A stretch of 26,073 nt of DNA from a virus (IMGVR_UViG_3300008110_000029); one strand, 5' to 3'. Positions 8,377-14,598 are shown, counted from the first letter of the stretch. Notes: generated by a model from the sequence alone, not told the origin. A program made the numbers and translations.

Positions 8377-8433
8377 ATGAAACGAGGTAAACAGTAGTGT
8401 CGCCTGGAATCCCGTATGGTCCAGGTTGGCACA
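8377..8433 (+). other. Putative minigene MKRGKQ (8377-8397) followed by a hairpin
   Basis: AAAGGAG RBS, ATG AAA CGA GGT AAA CAG TAG; CCTGGA/TCCAGG-centred stem 8398-8433. Confidence 0.45.
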
Positions 8434-8459
8434 GTAAATCAACTTAATACGGACTATAT

Positions 8460-8534
8460 GGGAGTATAGCTCAGCGGTAGAGCAGCGGACTTTTAATCCG
8501 TTGGTCCAGGGTTCAAATCCCTGTGCTCCTACCA
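8460..8534 (+). tRNA. tRNA-Lys(TTT)
   Basis: Loop CTTTTAA, TTCAAAT, CCA. Confidence 0.94.
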
Positions 8535-8611
8535 TATAAAAACATATTAACCACAGCCTGCACACATAGAAGCAGGGTGCATAGCACATTGTTGTTCGTG
8601 TGTTTCTATAT

Positions 8612-8686
8612 GGTAATGTAGCATAACGGTAGTGCAGCACCTTCATACGGTGTTCAGTGAAAGTTCAACTCTTTCCATTACCACCA
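8612..8686 (+). tRNA. tRNA-CAT, probably elongator Met
   Basis: Loop TTCATAC as in many bacterial elongator tRNA-Met, G1-C72 paired, CCA. Ile2 not excluded. Confidence 0.8.
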
Positions 8687-8687
8687 T

Positions 8688-8762
8688 GCCTGTTTAGCTC
8701 AGTGGTAGAGCATCGTCTTGATAAGGCGAGGGTCCGTGGATCGTTCCCACGAACAGGCACCA
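8688..8762 (+). tRNA. tRNA-Ile(GAT)
   Basis: Loop TTGATAA, atypical T-loop ATCGTTC, CCA. Confidence 0.88.
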
Positions 8763-8763
8763 A

Positions 8764-8988
8764 GTTTGTAGCGTCAGCAAGAGAAAAACACATTGTTGAG
8801 AGGTTCGAAACTTAATACAGTGTAAAGCAGATGTGGGTTCAACTCCCAGCGGATCGGAAGATCCGCGCAGATTGGTTGCCGCTGGTTAAGTATCTCAAGT
8901 GACATGTCCTGGAAAACCTCCGCATAAGGAAGTCCGGCTCTGTATGCGTAAACACTAGTGATAAACCTGAGGACACTGGGCTACAATT
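8764..8988 (+). ncRNA. Candidate structured ncRNA, about 225 nt, unknown family
   Basis: Closing stem TTGTAGC/GCTACAA; T-arm-like TGGG-TTCAACT-CCCA; GCGGATC-GGAA-GATCCGC; TGTCCT/AGGACA; CGCATA/TATGCG. Confidence 0.55.
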
Positions 8989-8997
8989 CAATTTAAT

Positions 8998-9074
8998 CGG
9001 TCCTTACGTCAACTGGAGAGACTACCTGTCTTCGAAACAGGAGGTTGTGGGTTCAAATCCTGCAGGACCGGCCA
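8998..9074 (+). tRNA. tRNA-Arg(TCG)
   Basis: Stem CCTGT/ACAGG, loop CTTCGAA, CCA. Confidence 0.88.
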
Positions 9075-9079
9075 GTTAT

Positions 9080-9155
9080 TGGGGATTCGCCAAGTTGGTA
9101 AGGCACCGGATTTTGATTCCGGCATTCGGTGGTTCGAGTCCATCATCCCCAGCCA
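9080..9155 (+). tRNA. tRNA-Gln(TTG)
   Basis: Loop TTTTGAT, U1-A72, G73, CCA. Confidence 0.94.
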
Positions 9156-9157
9156 AT

Positions 9158-9233
9158 GGTGTCCTTAATGTAGTGGCCTGCATACTAGTCTGTGAAACTG
9201 GAAGTACGAGATCGATACTCGTAGGACACCCCA
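9158..9233 (+). tRNA. tRNA-His(GTG), including G-1
   Basis: Loop CTGTGAA, G-1:C73 pair, T-loop ATCGATA, CCA. Confidence 0.9.
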
Positions 9234-9235
9234 AT

Positions 9236-9311
9236 GCTGCTTTAGCTGATGTGGTCATAGCGGCGGTCTGAAGAGCCGTTGAACTAGGTTCGATTCCTAG
9301 AGGCAGCACCA
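9236..9311 (+). tRNA. tRNA-Phe(GAA)
   Basis: Loop CTGAAGA, TTCGATT, CCA. Confidence 0.92.
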
Positions 9312-9314
9312 TAT

Positions 9315-9391
9315 GCGGATGTGATGGAATTGGTATACATATCAGACTTAAAATCTGAGTCCTGAGGGTTCGAGTCCCTCCATCCGTACCA
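9315..9391 (+). tRNA. tRNA-Leu(TAA), short 5-nt variable loop
   Basis: Loop CTTAAAA, Leu-type D arm GGAATTGGTATAC, A73, 77 nt. Confidence 0.88.
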
Positions 9392-9407
9392 GAACAAGGA
9401 GATTAAC

Positions 9408-9593
9408 ATGAAAACCTTATTATTCAAAAATCGTATGAACAGTGAACAATTTTATTGTAATGATCCTAAGGTTGTTCAAACTATAGATGGAGTGGAATAT
9501 CTTGTTGTTCATCGACCAGGACAAGAAAGACAATTCCTTATGCGTAAAGATGCATTAGAAAAAATAGGAAAAGTTGTTGACAAGACTAAGTAA
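9408..9593 (+). CDS. Hypothetical protein, 61 aa
   Basis: AAGGAG RBS; sits in a tRNA spacer. Confidence 0.75.
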   Translation: MKTLLFKNRMNSEQFYCNDPKVVQTIDGVEYLVVHRPGQERQFLMRKDALEKIGKVVDKTK

Positions 9594-9605
9594 TTCTGCA
9601 ATAAT
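9577..9605 (+). promoter_or_regulatory. sigma70-like promoter
   Basis: TTGACA, 17 bp, AATAAT. Confidence 0.6.
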
Positions 9606-9616
9606 TAAATTTTTAT

Positions 9617-9693
9617 GCCCCGGTGACGGAATTGGTATACGTGTTGGTCTTAGAAGCCAAATTTTAGGAGTTCGAGTCTCCTCTGGGGCACCA
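9617..9693 (+). tRNA. tRNA-Leu(TAG), short 5-nt variable loop
   Basis: Loop CTTAGAA, Leu-type D arm, A73, 77 nt. Confidence 0.88.
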
Positions 9694-9702
9694 AGGAATA
9701 TT

Positions 9703-9915
9703 ATGGAAGAAGATATTGACTTTTTTGAATTTGCAGAATTAATGCAGAAATATGAACAAGCTCTTGGTGGAATAGAATTTTCTATAGAACAAAAACCAGG
9801 ACCTCAGGAAGGCGATGAAGTTTGGCAACTCGACATTGATGGACAAACTGTGTTTTTTCAAAACTTTGATGAAGTTAAAGTTTACTTAGATAAATTAGTT
9901 GTAGAAAGAAATTAA
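9703..9915 (+). CDS. Hypothetical acidic protein, 70 aa
   Basis: AAGGA RBS, ATG 9703; the track's 9574 start reads through a tRNA. Confidence 0.65.
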   Translation: MEEDIDFFEFAELMQKYEQALGGIEFSIEQKPGPQEGDEVWQLDIDGQTVFFQNFDEVKVYLDKLVVERN

Positions 9916-9916
9916 T

Positions 9917-9991
9917 GCATCGTTAGTTCAGCGGTAGAACGTCGCCCTTACAAGGCGAATGTCAGTGGTTCGACTCCATTACGATGCACCA
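9917..9991 (+). tRNA. tRNA-Val(TAC)
   Basis: Loop CTTACAA, TTCGACT, CCA. Confidence 0.93.
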
Positions 9992-10000
9992 GCGTATCAG

Positions 10001-10100
10001 GCCTCTGTAGCTTAATTGGTAAAGACGGGAGCTTATATCTCCCCAAAGCACCGGCCAGATAAGCCGGCGTGTGCAGGTTCGAGTCCTGCCAGAGGCACCA
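10001..10100 (+). tRNA. Atypical tRNA with TAT anticodon (Ile) and 29-nt variable arm
   Basis: GCCTCTG/CAGAGGC acceptor, GGGAG-CTTATAT-CTCCC, variable hairpin CCGGC/GCCGG, GCAGG-TTCGAGT-CCTGC, ACCA. Confidence 0.75.
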
Positions 10101-10105
10101 GAATT

Positions 10106-10193
10106 GGAGAGTTGGCCGAGTGGTTAAGGCAGCGGTTTGCTAAACCGTCGTTGCGAAAGTGGCGCATAGGTTCGAATCCTATACTCTCCGCCA
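10106..10193 (+). tRNA. tRNA-Ser(GCT)
   Basis: Loop TTGCTAA, long variable arm, G73, CCA. Confidence 0.94.
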
Positions 10194-10213
10194 AGTTTAT
10201 AAAAGGAAAAATA

Positions 10214-10405
10214 ATGTTAAAAGCAGGTCCAAACTTTAAGTTAAGTAAGCAGTCCAAAAGATTGATAGCAACTATTATTGATAATCACGAACGTGGCGCA
10301 TTTAAACGTAGTGCTATTCAAGCAGAATTAGCAGCAGCTATTCAGCCCAAGAGAGAAAAAGGTAAACGAAACGAAGGATCTAGGGATAATGGTAGCAAAG
10401 AATGA
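10214..10405 (+). CDS. Hypothetical basic protein, 63 aa
   Basis: AAGGA RBS, ATG 10214; the track's 10016 start lies inside tRNAs. Confidence 0.7.
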   Translation: MLKAGPNFKLSKQSKRLIATIIDNHERGAFKRSAIQAELAAAIQPKREKGKRNEGSRDNGSKE

Positions 10406-10637
10406 TGTCACTGGGGATTCCATTCAGACTAAGTCAGCATCAAAATCTTACAGAGATAACTACGATAATATTTTTAGAAAGAACACTATGACACCTAAAT
10501 TGCAAGAAAACGATAATGAAGTTGGTAAATGTGGCTGCGGTCGTAGTCCAACTGGAAAGTGCATCGGATGGCATTCATTGTCCGAATCAGAGTATCAAAA
10601 ACGTTTAGCAGAATCTAAAGCAGTACAACAATCCTAA
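10389..10637 (+). CDS. Small protein with CDGSH-like Cys/His motif
   Basis: CGCGRSPTGKCIGWH resembles the CxCxxS..CDGSH 2Fe-2S motif. Confidence 0.6.
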   Translation: MVAKNDVTGDSIQTKSASKSYRDNYDNIFRKNTMTPKLQENDNEVGKCGCGRSPTGKCIGWHSLSESEYQKRLAESKAVQQS

Positions 10638-10647
10638 GGAAACTATC

Positions 10648-10851
10648 GTGAGAGAACAATTACTCAAAGCTGCAAAAGCACACTTCAAAAGTCATGTTGA
10701 AAAGCATCGCATGAATGTAGAAGTAATGTTAAATAATCCAATTGCTATACATGATCACACAGATTGGATGACTGCAATGGAAAATGAAATAGCACACATT
10801 GCTGAATATGAAGATAAATTAGAAGTGTTAGATAAACATTTCGGTAAATGA
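10648..10851 (+). CDS. Hypothetical protein, 67 aa
   Basis: AAGGA RBS, GTG start, helical His-rich sequence. Confidence 0.7.
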   Translation: MREQLLKAAKAHFKSHVEKHRMNVEVMLNNPIAIHDHTDWMTAMENEIAHIAEYEDKLEVLDKHFGK

Positions 10852-10856
10852 AATTA

Positions 10857-10932
10857 GGGCCAGTAGCTCATCTGGGAGAGCAGGACCTTTGCAAGGTCAA
10901 GGTGGCGGGTTCAAGTCCTGTCTGGTCCACCA
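10857..10932 (+). tRNA. tRNA-Ala(TGC)
   Basis: Loop TTTGCAA, G3:U70 identity pair, CCA. Confidence 0.93.
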
Positions 10933-10952
10933 AATAACAAAAAGGAAACATT

Positions 10953-11081
10953 ATGGCAGTTAAAGGTCAAGCAGGTACTCATAAAAGAGTTCACAAAAAT
11001 ACTTGTCAAAATGGTAGTAAGACATCTACTGCGAATAAGAGTAATAAAACTCGCAAAGCATATAGAGGACAAGGACGATAA
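10953..11081 (+). CDS. Small basic protein, 42 aa, ending YRGQGR
   Basis: AAGGA RBS; MAVKGQAGTHKRVHKNTCQNGSKTSTANKSNKTRKAYRGQGR. Not in the ORF track. Confidence 0.65.
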   Translation: MAVKGQAGTHKRVHKNTCQNGSKTSTANKSNKTRKAYRGQGR

Positions 11082-11083
11082 TT

Positions 11084-11245
11084 ATGGGCGAGAAAGGTGA
11101 TCCAATGAAAACCAAGACAGGAAAAACACGCCTTGGTCCTTTAAATCTTGCGCAACTCAATGACATGTTAGAGAAATCTAGCAGACCAAAAGATAAAGCA
11201 AAGATTCGTAATCGTATTAAACAATTAGAATCGAGCAGTAAGTAA
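11084..11245 (+). CDS. Small basic protein, 53 aa
   Basis: MGEKGDPMKTKTGKTRLGPLNLAQL...IKQLESSSK; follows the previous stop directly. Not in the ORF track. Confidence 0.6.
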   Translation: MGEKGDPMKTKTGKTRLGPLNLAQLNDMLEKSSRPKDKAKIRNRIKQLESSSK

Positions 11246-11250
11246 AAAAC

Positions 11251-11326
11251 GCTGGAGTAGCTCAGTTGGTAGAGCTCCTGATTTGTAATCAGGCGGTCGA
11301 GGGTTCGAATCCTTTCTCCAGCACCA
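11251..11326 (+). tRNA. tRNA-Thr(TGT)
   Basis: Loop TTTGTAA, TTCGAAT, CCA. Confidence 0.95.
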
Positions 11327-11333
11327 ATTGTCT

Positions 11334-12032
11334 ATGAAGTTATTTGCAAATGGATGCAGCCACACATGGGGCGGCGGAATCTTAGAAGAACAAGGTTTTG
11401 ATGGAGTATTATGGCCTAGTTTTTTTAATAAAGAAGAACAAGATAAAAAAAATTATCGGCTGTCTTCTGTATGGCCATCTCATTTATCAAATTTATTAAA
11501 TTGTACAGAAACAGTTAATTTTGCAATTGGGTGTGGATCAAATCAAAGAATAGTTAGAACAACGTTTGATTTTTTTATAGATAAAATAAAAAATAACGAA
11601 AATTTATCAGACTGGGTTGCAGTTATACAATGGACTGAACCATCAAGATATGAAATTTATGATGAAAAATTTGATAGATTTAATTTAATAAAATTAGATG
11701 TTGTAATTCCTAATGTTAAACAAAATAGATACGAGTACTTACAAAATAGATTTTACGAATCTGATGAACTGTTTATTTCAGAATTTTTAGTTCATCTTAA
11801 TTCTCTAGCATCGTTTTTTGACAAATGGAATATAAATTATAGATTTACTAGAATTAATCCTAGTCCGCCTATTCCAGACTATTATAAAAATAATTTAAAA
11901 TGGGTTGATGAATTTAGTTCAATGTTAGATCATCATAAAATATTTCAATATAAATGCGGCCATCCAAACATAGAAGGTCATAAATTAATAGCTAAAGAAC
12001 TTTACAATAGTTTTAAAAAAGATTATAATTAA
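11334..12032 (+). CDS. SGNH/GDSL-like hydrolase
   Basis: NGCSHT (block I), GCGSN (block II), GHPNIEGH (block V); ATG 11334. Confidence 0.7.
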   Translation: MKLFANGCSHTWGGGILEEQGFDGVLWPSFFNKEEQDKKNYRLSSVWPSHLSNLLNCTETVNFAIGCGSNQRIVRTTFDFFIDKIKNNENLSDWVAVIQWTEPSRYEIYDEKFDRFNLIKLDVVIPNVKQNRYEYLQNRFYESDELFISEFLVHLNSLASFFDKWNINYRFTRINPSPPIPDYYKNNLKWVDEFSSMLDHHKIFQYKCGHPNIEGHKLIAKELYNSFKKDYN

Positions 12033-12038
12033 GAATAT

Positions 12039-12113
<75 letters not shown>

Positions 12114-12121
12114 AATATCTA

Positions 12122-12184
12122 AGGCGGACCTGTAACCATATTCCGCCTCCGCTGACGCGAAAACAGGATGGGCTGCGCTCACGG
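12122..12184 (+). ncRNA. Candidate two-hairpin kissing-loop RNA element
   Basis: AGGCGGA/TCCGCCT hairpin; its loop (CCTGT, CCAT) is complementary to the second loop (ACAGG, ATGG). Confidence 0.45.
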
Positions 12185-12188
12185 GGTT

Positions 12189-12226
12189 TGACAATCTTCC
12201 TGACACAAAAAAGATTGTCACTTTTT
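12189..12226 (+). terminator. Intrinsic terminator
   Basis: TGACAATCTT/AAGATTGTCA 10-bp stem plus CTTTTT. Confidence 0.65.
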
Positions 12227-12235
12227 CAAAAAGAC

Positions 12236-12264
12236 TTGACTAAAGTCTTTTTTTATCATATACT
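12236..12264 (+). promoter_or_regulatory. sigma70 promoter with an inverted repeat across the -35
   Basis: TTGACT, 17 bp, TATACT; AAAAAGACTT 12228-12237 / AAGTCTTTTT 12243-12252. Confidence 0.75.
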
Positions 12265-12270
12265 AGTTTT

Positions 12271-12545
12271 GTTGTAACAGAAATGTTGCAACCGGTGAAG
12301 TAAAAGGTAGATGAGAATAGACATATTGTGGCTTCATGCCGCAATGACTTAATCTGGCAAACACTCTTGAAAAGTGTCGTGCTTGAGTGAACCGATTCCA
12401 AATATCTTTTATTAGACTGTCAATTGCTGATCGGAAATATTCAGGCCTCTGTAGCCTGTTTGTTGCACGTTGTAGAAGGAAATGCCTCATACGCTATCCT
12501 GTCTGTCAATTGTCCGGTCTATTACTTGACCTTTTACCGAACCGT
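12271..12545 (+). ncRNA. Candidate multibranch structured ncRNA or leader upstream of rpoZ
   Basis: Long-range stems GTAAAAGGT/ACCTTTTAC and AATAGAC/GTCTATT; internal hairpins; 5' GAAA-capped hairpin; no supported CDS. Confidence 0.5.
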
Positions 12546-12566
12546 CATTATAATAAGGAGCGAGCA

Positions 12567-12812
12567 ATGGCAAAAGTAACATCAGAAAAAGCAGTAGAAC
12601 AAATTGGAAACAGATTTAATTTAGTGCTAGCGGCATCACAACGTGCAAGAGAATTAAAAAATGGTTCTATGCAACGTGTAGAAGGAAAGGATGCCTCAAC
12701 AACTGTAACTGCACTAAGAGAAATTGAACAAGGCAAATATACTTGGAAAGATTATTTGAGCAAAGTTAAAGGCAAAAAAAGGAAAGAAACAGATGAATAT
12801 CACACTACGTAA
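12567..12812 (+). CDS. rpoZ: RNA polymerase omega subunit homologue
   Basis: [30 protein letters not shown]...[12 protein letters not shown] matches the omega consensus (IGNRFDLVL.AARRARQ...TVIALREIEEG); AAGGAG RBS. Confidence 0.9.
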   Translation: MAKVTSEKAVEQIGNRFNLVLAASQRARELKNGSMQRVEGKDASTTVTALREIEQGKYTWKDYLSKVKGKKRKETDEYHTT

Positions 12813-13365
12813 AGCAAGTGCTGTACAAAACAGCATCAATGAAGCAATCAAACATATCAAGATTGAAACTAATCTTGAACTCAACGAGTTTCAAAATGTA
12901 GAAGCAGAGATTGCTGCTGCACAAAAAAAACTAGAAGAAGCTGATCTTCGTCGTGAAAAGTTGTTGGTTGTACTCTACAACATTCGCGGCCTAGTTGGTC
13001 AAGCTAATGCCGAAAGCGGCATTGATCTTAAGTTGGCTCGTGCAGCCTATGTTGACAAGAGAATTAGTCAACTTGATGCTGTTGCTAACAGCAATGCAGT
13101 AACCAGCCTTGACGTACTTAAAGGTAAACTTGAGAAAATCAAAAGTCTCAAAGACGAAGCACGTAGTCGCATTTATGGTTACGGCGACACTGTAACAACT
13201 TCTGTACTGACACAGGAAAAGATTGAAGCAATTCAATCCGAGATTAAAAATCTTAAAAAACAAAAACAAAAGCTCAATGACGAAATTCTTGAGCTTAATA
13301 TTAAAACTGAGATTCCACTCAGTGACGAAGCAGCTCAAGTCCTTCAAATAGAAGGTTTGATCTAA
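12793..13365 (+). CDS. Hypothetical coiled-coil protein, 190 aa
   Basis: Overlaps the rpoZ end; heptad-rich. Confidence 0.8.
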   Translation: MNITLRKASAVQNSINEAIKHIKIETNLELNEFQNVEAEIAAAQKKLEEADLRREKLLVVLYNIRGLVGQANAESGIDLKLARAAYVDKRISQLDAVANSNAVTSLDVLKGKLEKIKSLKDEARSRIYGYGDTVTTSVLTQEKIEAIQSEIKNLKKQKQKLNDEILELNIKTEIPLSDEAAQVLQIEGLI

Positions 13366-13565
13366 CAGACCCCTGTTACACTTTTCAGGAAGAAAGTGCG
13401 CCATTACCAAGCGATAGAAGGTACGGTGTTTAGGATCTACCGCAAGGCTCTCTTTAGGAGCGACTTGAGAAATCCTAGGTACGAACTGTAACGGCGCCAG
13501 AAGCAGAATACAGTGGACAGGGTAACAACTCAGTCTAGGGCGGACAGGGAACCGTGGCTAGACAC

Positions 13566-13730
13566 TTTTATTGATAGCACTCTGCAGGTATCGTTTGTGG
13601 ACGCACAGACTCATGAAGAATAGGGCCATCTTTCTCTTCTGATAAAACTGCGGGCAATGGCTTATGAGGAGAATCGAACTCCACTCAGAAATTTGCTCAG
13701 TCCTATAAGGCTTGAGTACTATCAATAAAA
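13566..13730 (+). ncRNA. Candidate structured RNA closed by a 17-bp near-perfect stem
   Basis: TTTTATTGATAGCACTC 13566-13582 / GAGTACTATCAATAAAA 13714-13730, one mismatch. Confidence 0.45.
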
Positions 13731-13736
13731 GTTTGA

Positions 13737-13812
13737 CGCAGAGTATGGAAGTGGTCATCCGTCCGGTCTCATAAGCCGGGAATCGCAGGTTCGAATCCTG
13801 CCTCTGCAACCA
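13737..13812 (+). tRNA. Initiator-type tRNA-fMet(CAT)
   Basis: C1.A72 mismatch, purine11-pyrimidine24, loop CTCATAA, CCA; U31.G39 replaces the third GC pair. Confidence 0.82.
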
Positions 13813-13817
13813 ATTAC

Positions 13818-13896
13818 CCGGGTGTAGCTTAGTCTGGCTTAAAGCGCCTGCTTTGGGAGCAGGAGATCGTGAGTTCGAATCCCACTTCCCGGACCA
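13818..13896 (+). tRNA. tRNA-Pro(TGG)
   Basis: Loop TTTGGGA, C1-G72, A73, CCA. Confidence 0.92.
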
Positions 13897-13912
13897 TATT
13901 AAGGAGTATGAC

Positions 13913-14065
13913 ATGCCAATGTATGAAACAACTGTAAGAACATCCGGTGGTGAGGAAAAGAAAAGAATCTATGCAGATACACCGCAAGAGGCTAAAAAAC
14001 TTTTTGAACAACTGTATGGTGGTCCTAGAGCAGTACCTTACATTCCTCATGTGGTACCAAGTTAA
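13913..14065 (+). CDS. Hypothetical protein, 50 aa
   Basis: AAGGAG RBS, ATG 13913. Confidence 0.7.
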   Translation: MPMYETTVRTSGGEEKKRIYADTPQEAKKLFEQLYGGPRAVPYIPHVVPS

Positions 14066-14068
14066 TTT

Positions 14069-14109
14069 CGCCCTGACACATGGCGTACAATGAGATAAGT
14101 AGTGTGTCA
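14069..14109 (+). ncRNA. Candidate H-type pseudoknot
   Basis: CGCC 14069-72 / GGCG 14082-85; loop TGACACA 14074-80 / TGTGTCA 14103-09. Confidence 0.5.
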
Positions 14110-14115
14110 TTTAAT

Positions 14116-14191
14116 GCGGGTGTAGCTCAGTTGGTAGAGCGTAACTTTGCCAAAGTTAAGGTCGACAGTTCGAGACTGTTCACCCGCTCCA
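14116..14191 (+). tRNA. tRNA-Gly(GCC)
   Basis: Loop TTGCCAA, U73, CCA. Confidence 0.93.
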
Positions 14192-14202
14192 AAGGATATT
14201 AA

Positions 14203-14598
14203 ATGTTAGAATGTTTAATTGTAGGTGATAGTATTGCTGTTGGTACTGCTCAGTTCAGACCAGAATGTGTAAGTTTGAGTAAAGGCGGTATTAACAGTCA
14301 TGACTGGAATAAAAAGAATCGTGACAATCCCGTAGCAGCTAAAACTGTAATAATCAGTCTTGGATCTAACGATCATTCTGGCGTTCGCACACTCTGGGAA
14401 TTACAACAGTTAAGAAACAGAGTAAATGCAGATAAAGTATATTGGATAATGCCAGCTATCAAACCGCATATACAAAAGATGGTCGAACTAGTTGCAAAAG
14501 ATTATAATGATGTTATAATTCCAATTACTAAATTACAAAAAGATGGTGTTCACCCCACCGGAGCAGGTTATAAAGAGATTGCAGCAAAAACAAAATGA
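14203..14598 (+). CDS. SGNH/GDSL hydrolase
   Basis: GDSIA, SLGSND, DGVHP motifs. Confidence 0.85.
   Translation: MLECLIVGDSIAVGTAQFRPECVSLSKGGINSHDWNKKNRDNPVAAKTVIISLGSNDHSGVRTLWELQQLRNRVNADKVYWIMPAIKPHIQKMVELVAKDYNDVIIPITKLQKDGVHPTGAGYKEIAAKTK

Noticed and set aside
8764-8988. tmRNA or RNase P RNA identity for the spacer RNAs (here and at 12271-12545)
   Set aside because: No tRNA-Ala-like acceptor with CCA or tag ORF; no GAGGAAAGUC-type P4 signature.
12129-12170. CTGACGC-GAAA resembling a hammerhead core
   Set aside because: No CUGANGA, no stem II, and stems I and III cannot be paired in register.
12114-12190. Theta/HDV-like ribozyme after tRNA-Asn
   Set aside because: Only 8 nt are available where P3-L3-P3 needs about 13; kept as an unknown fold instead.
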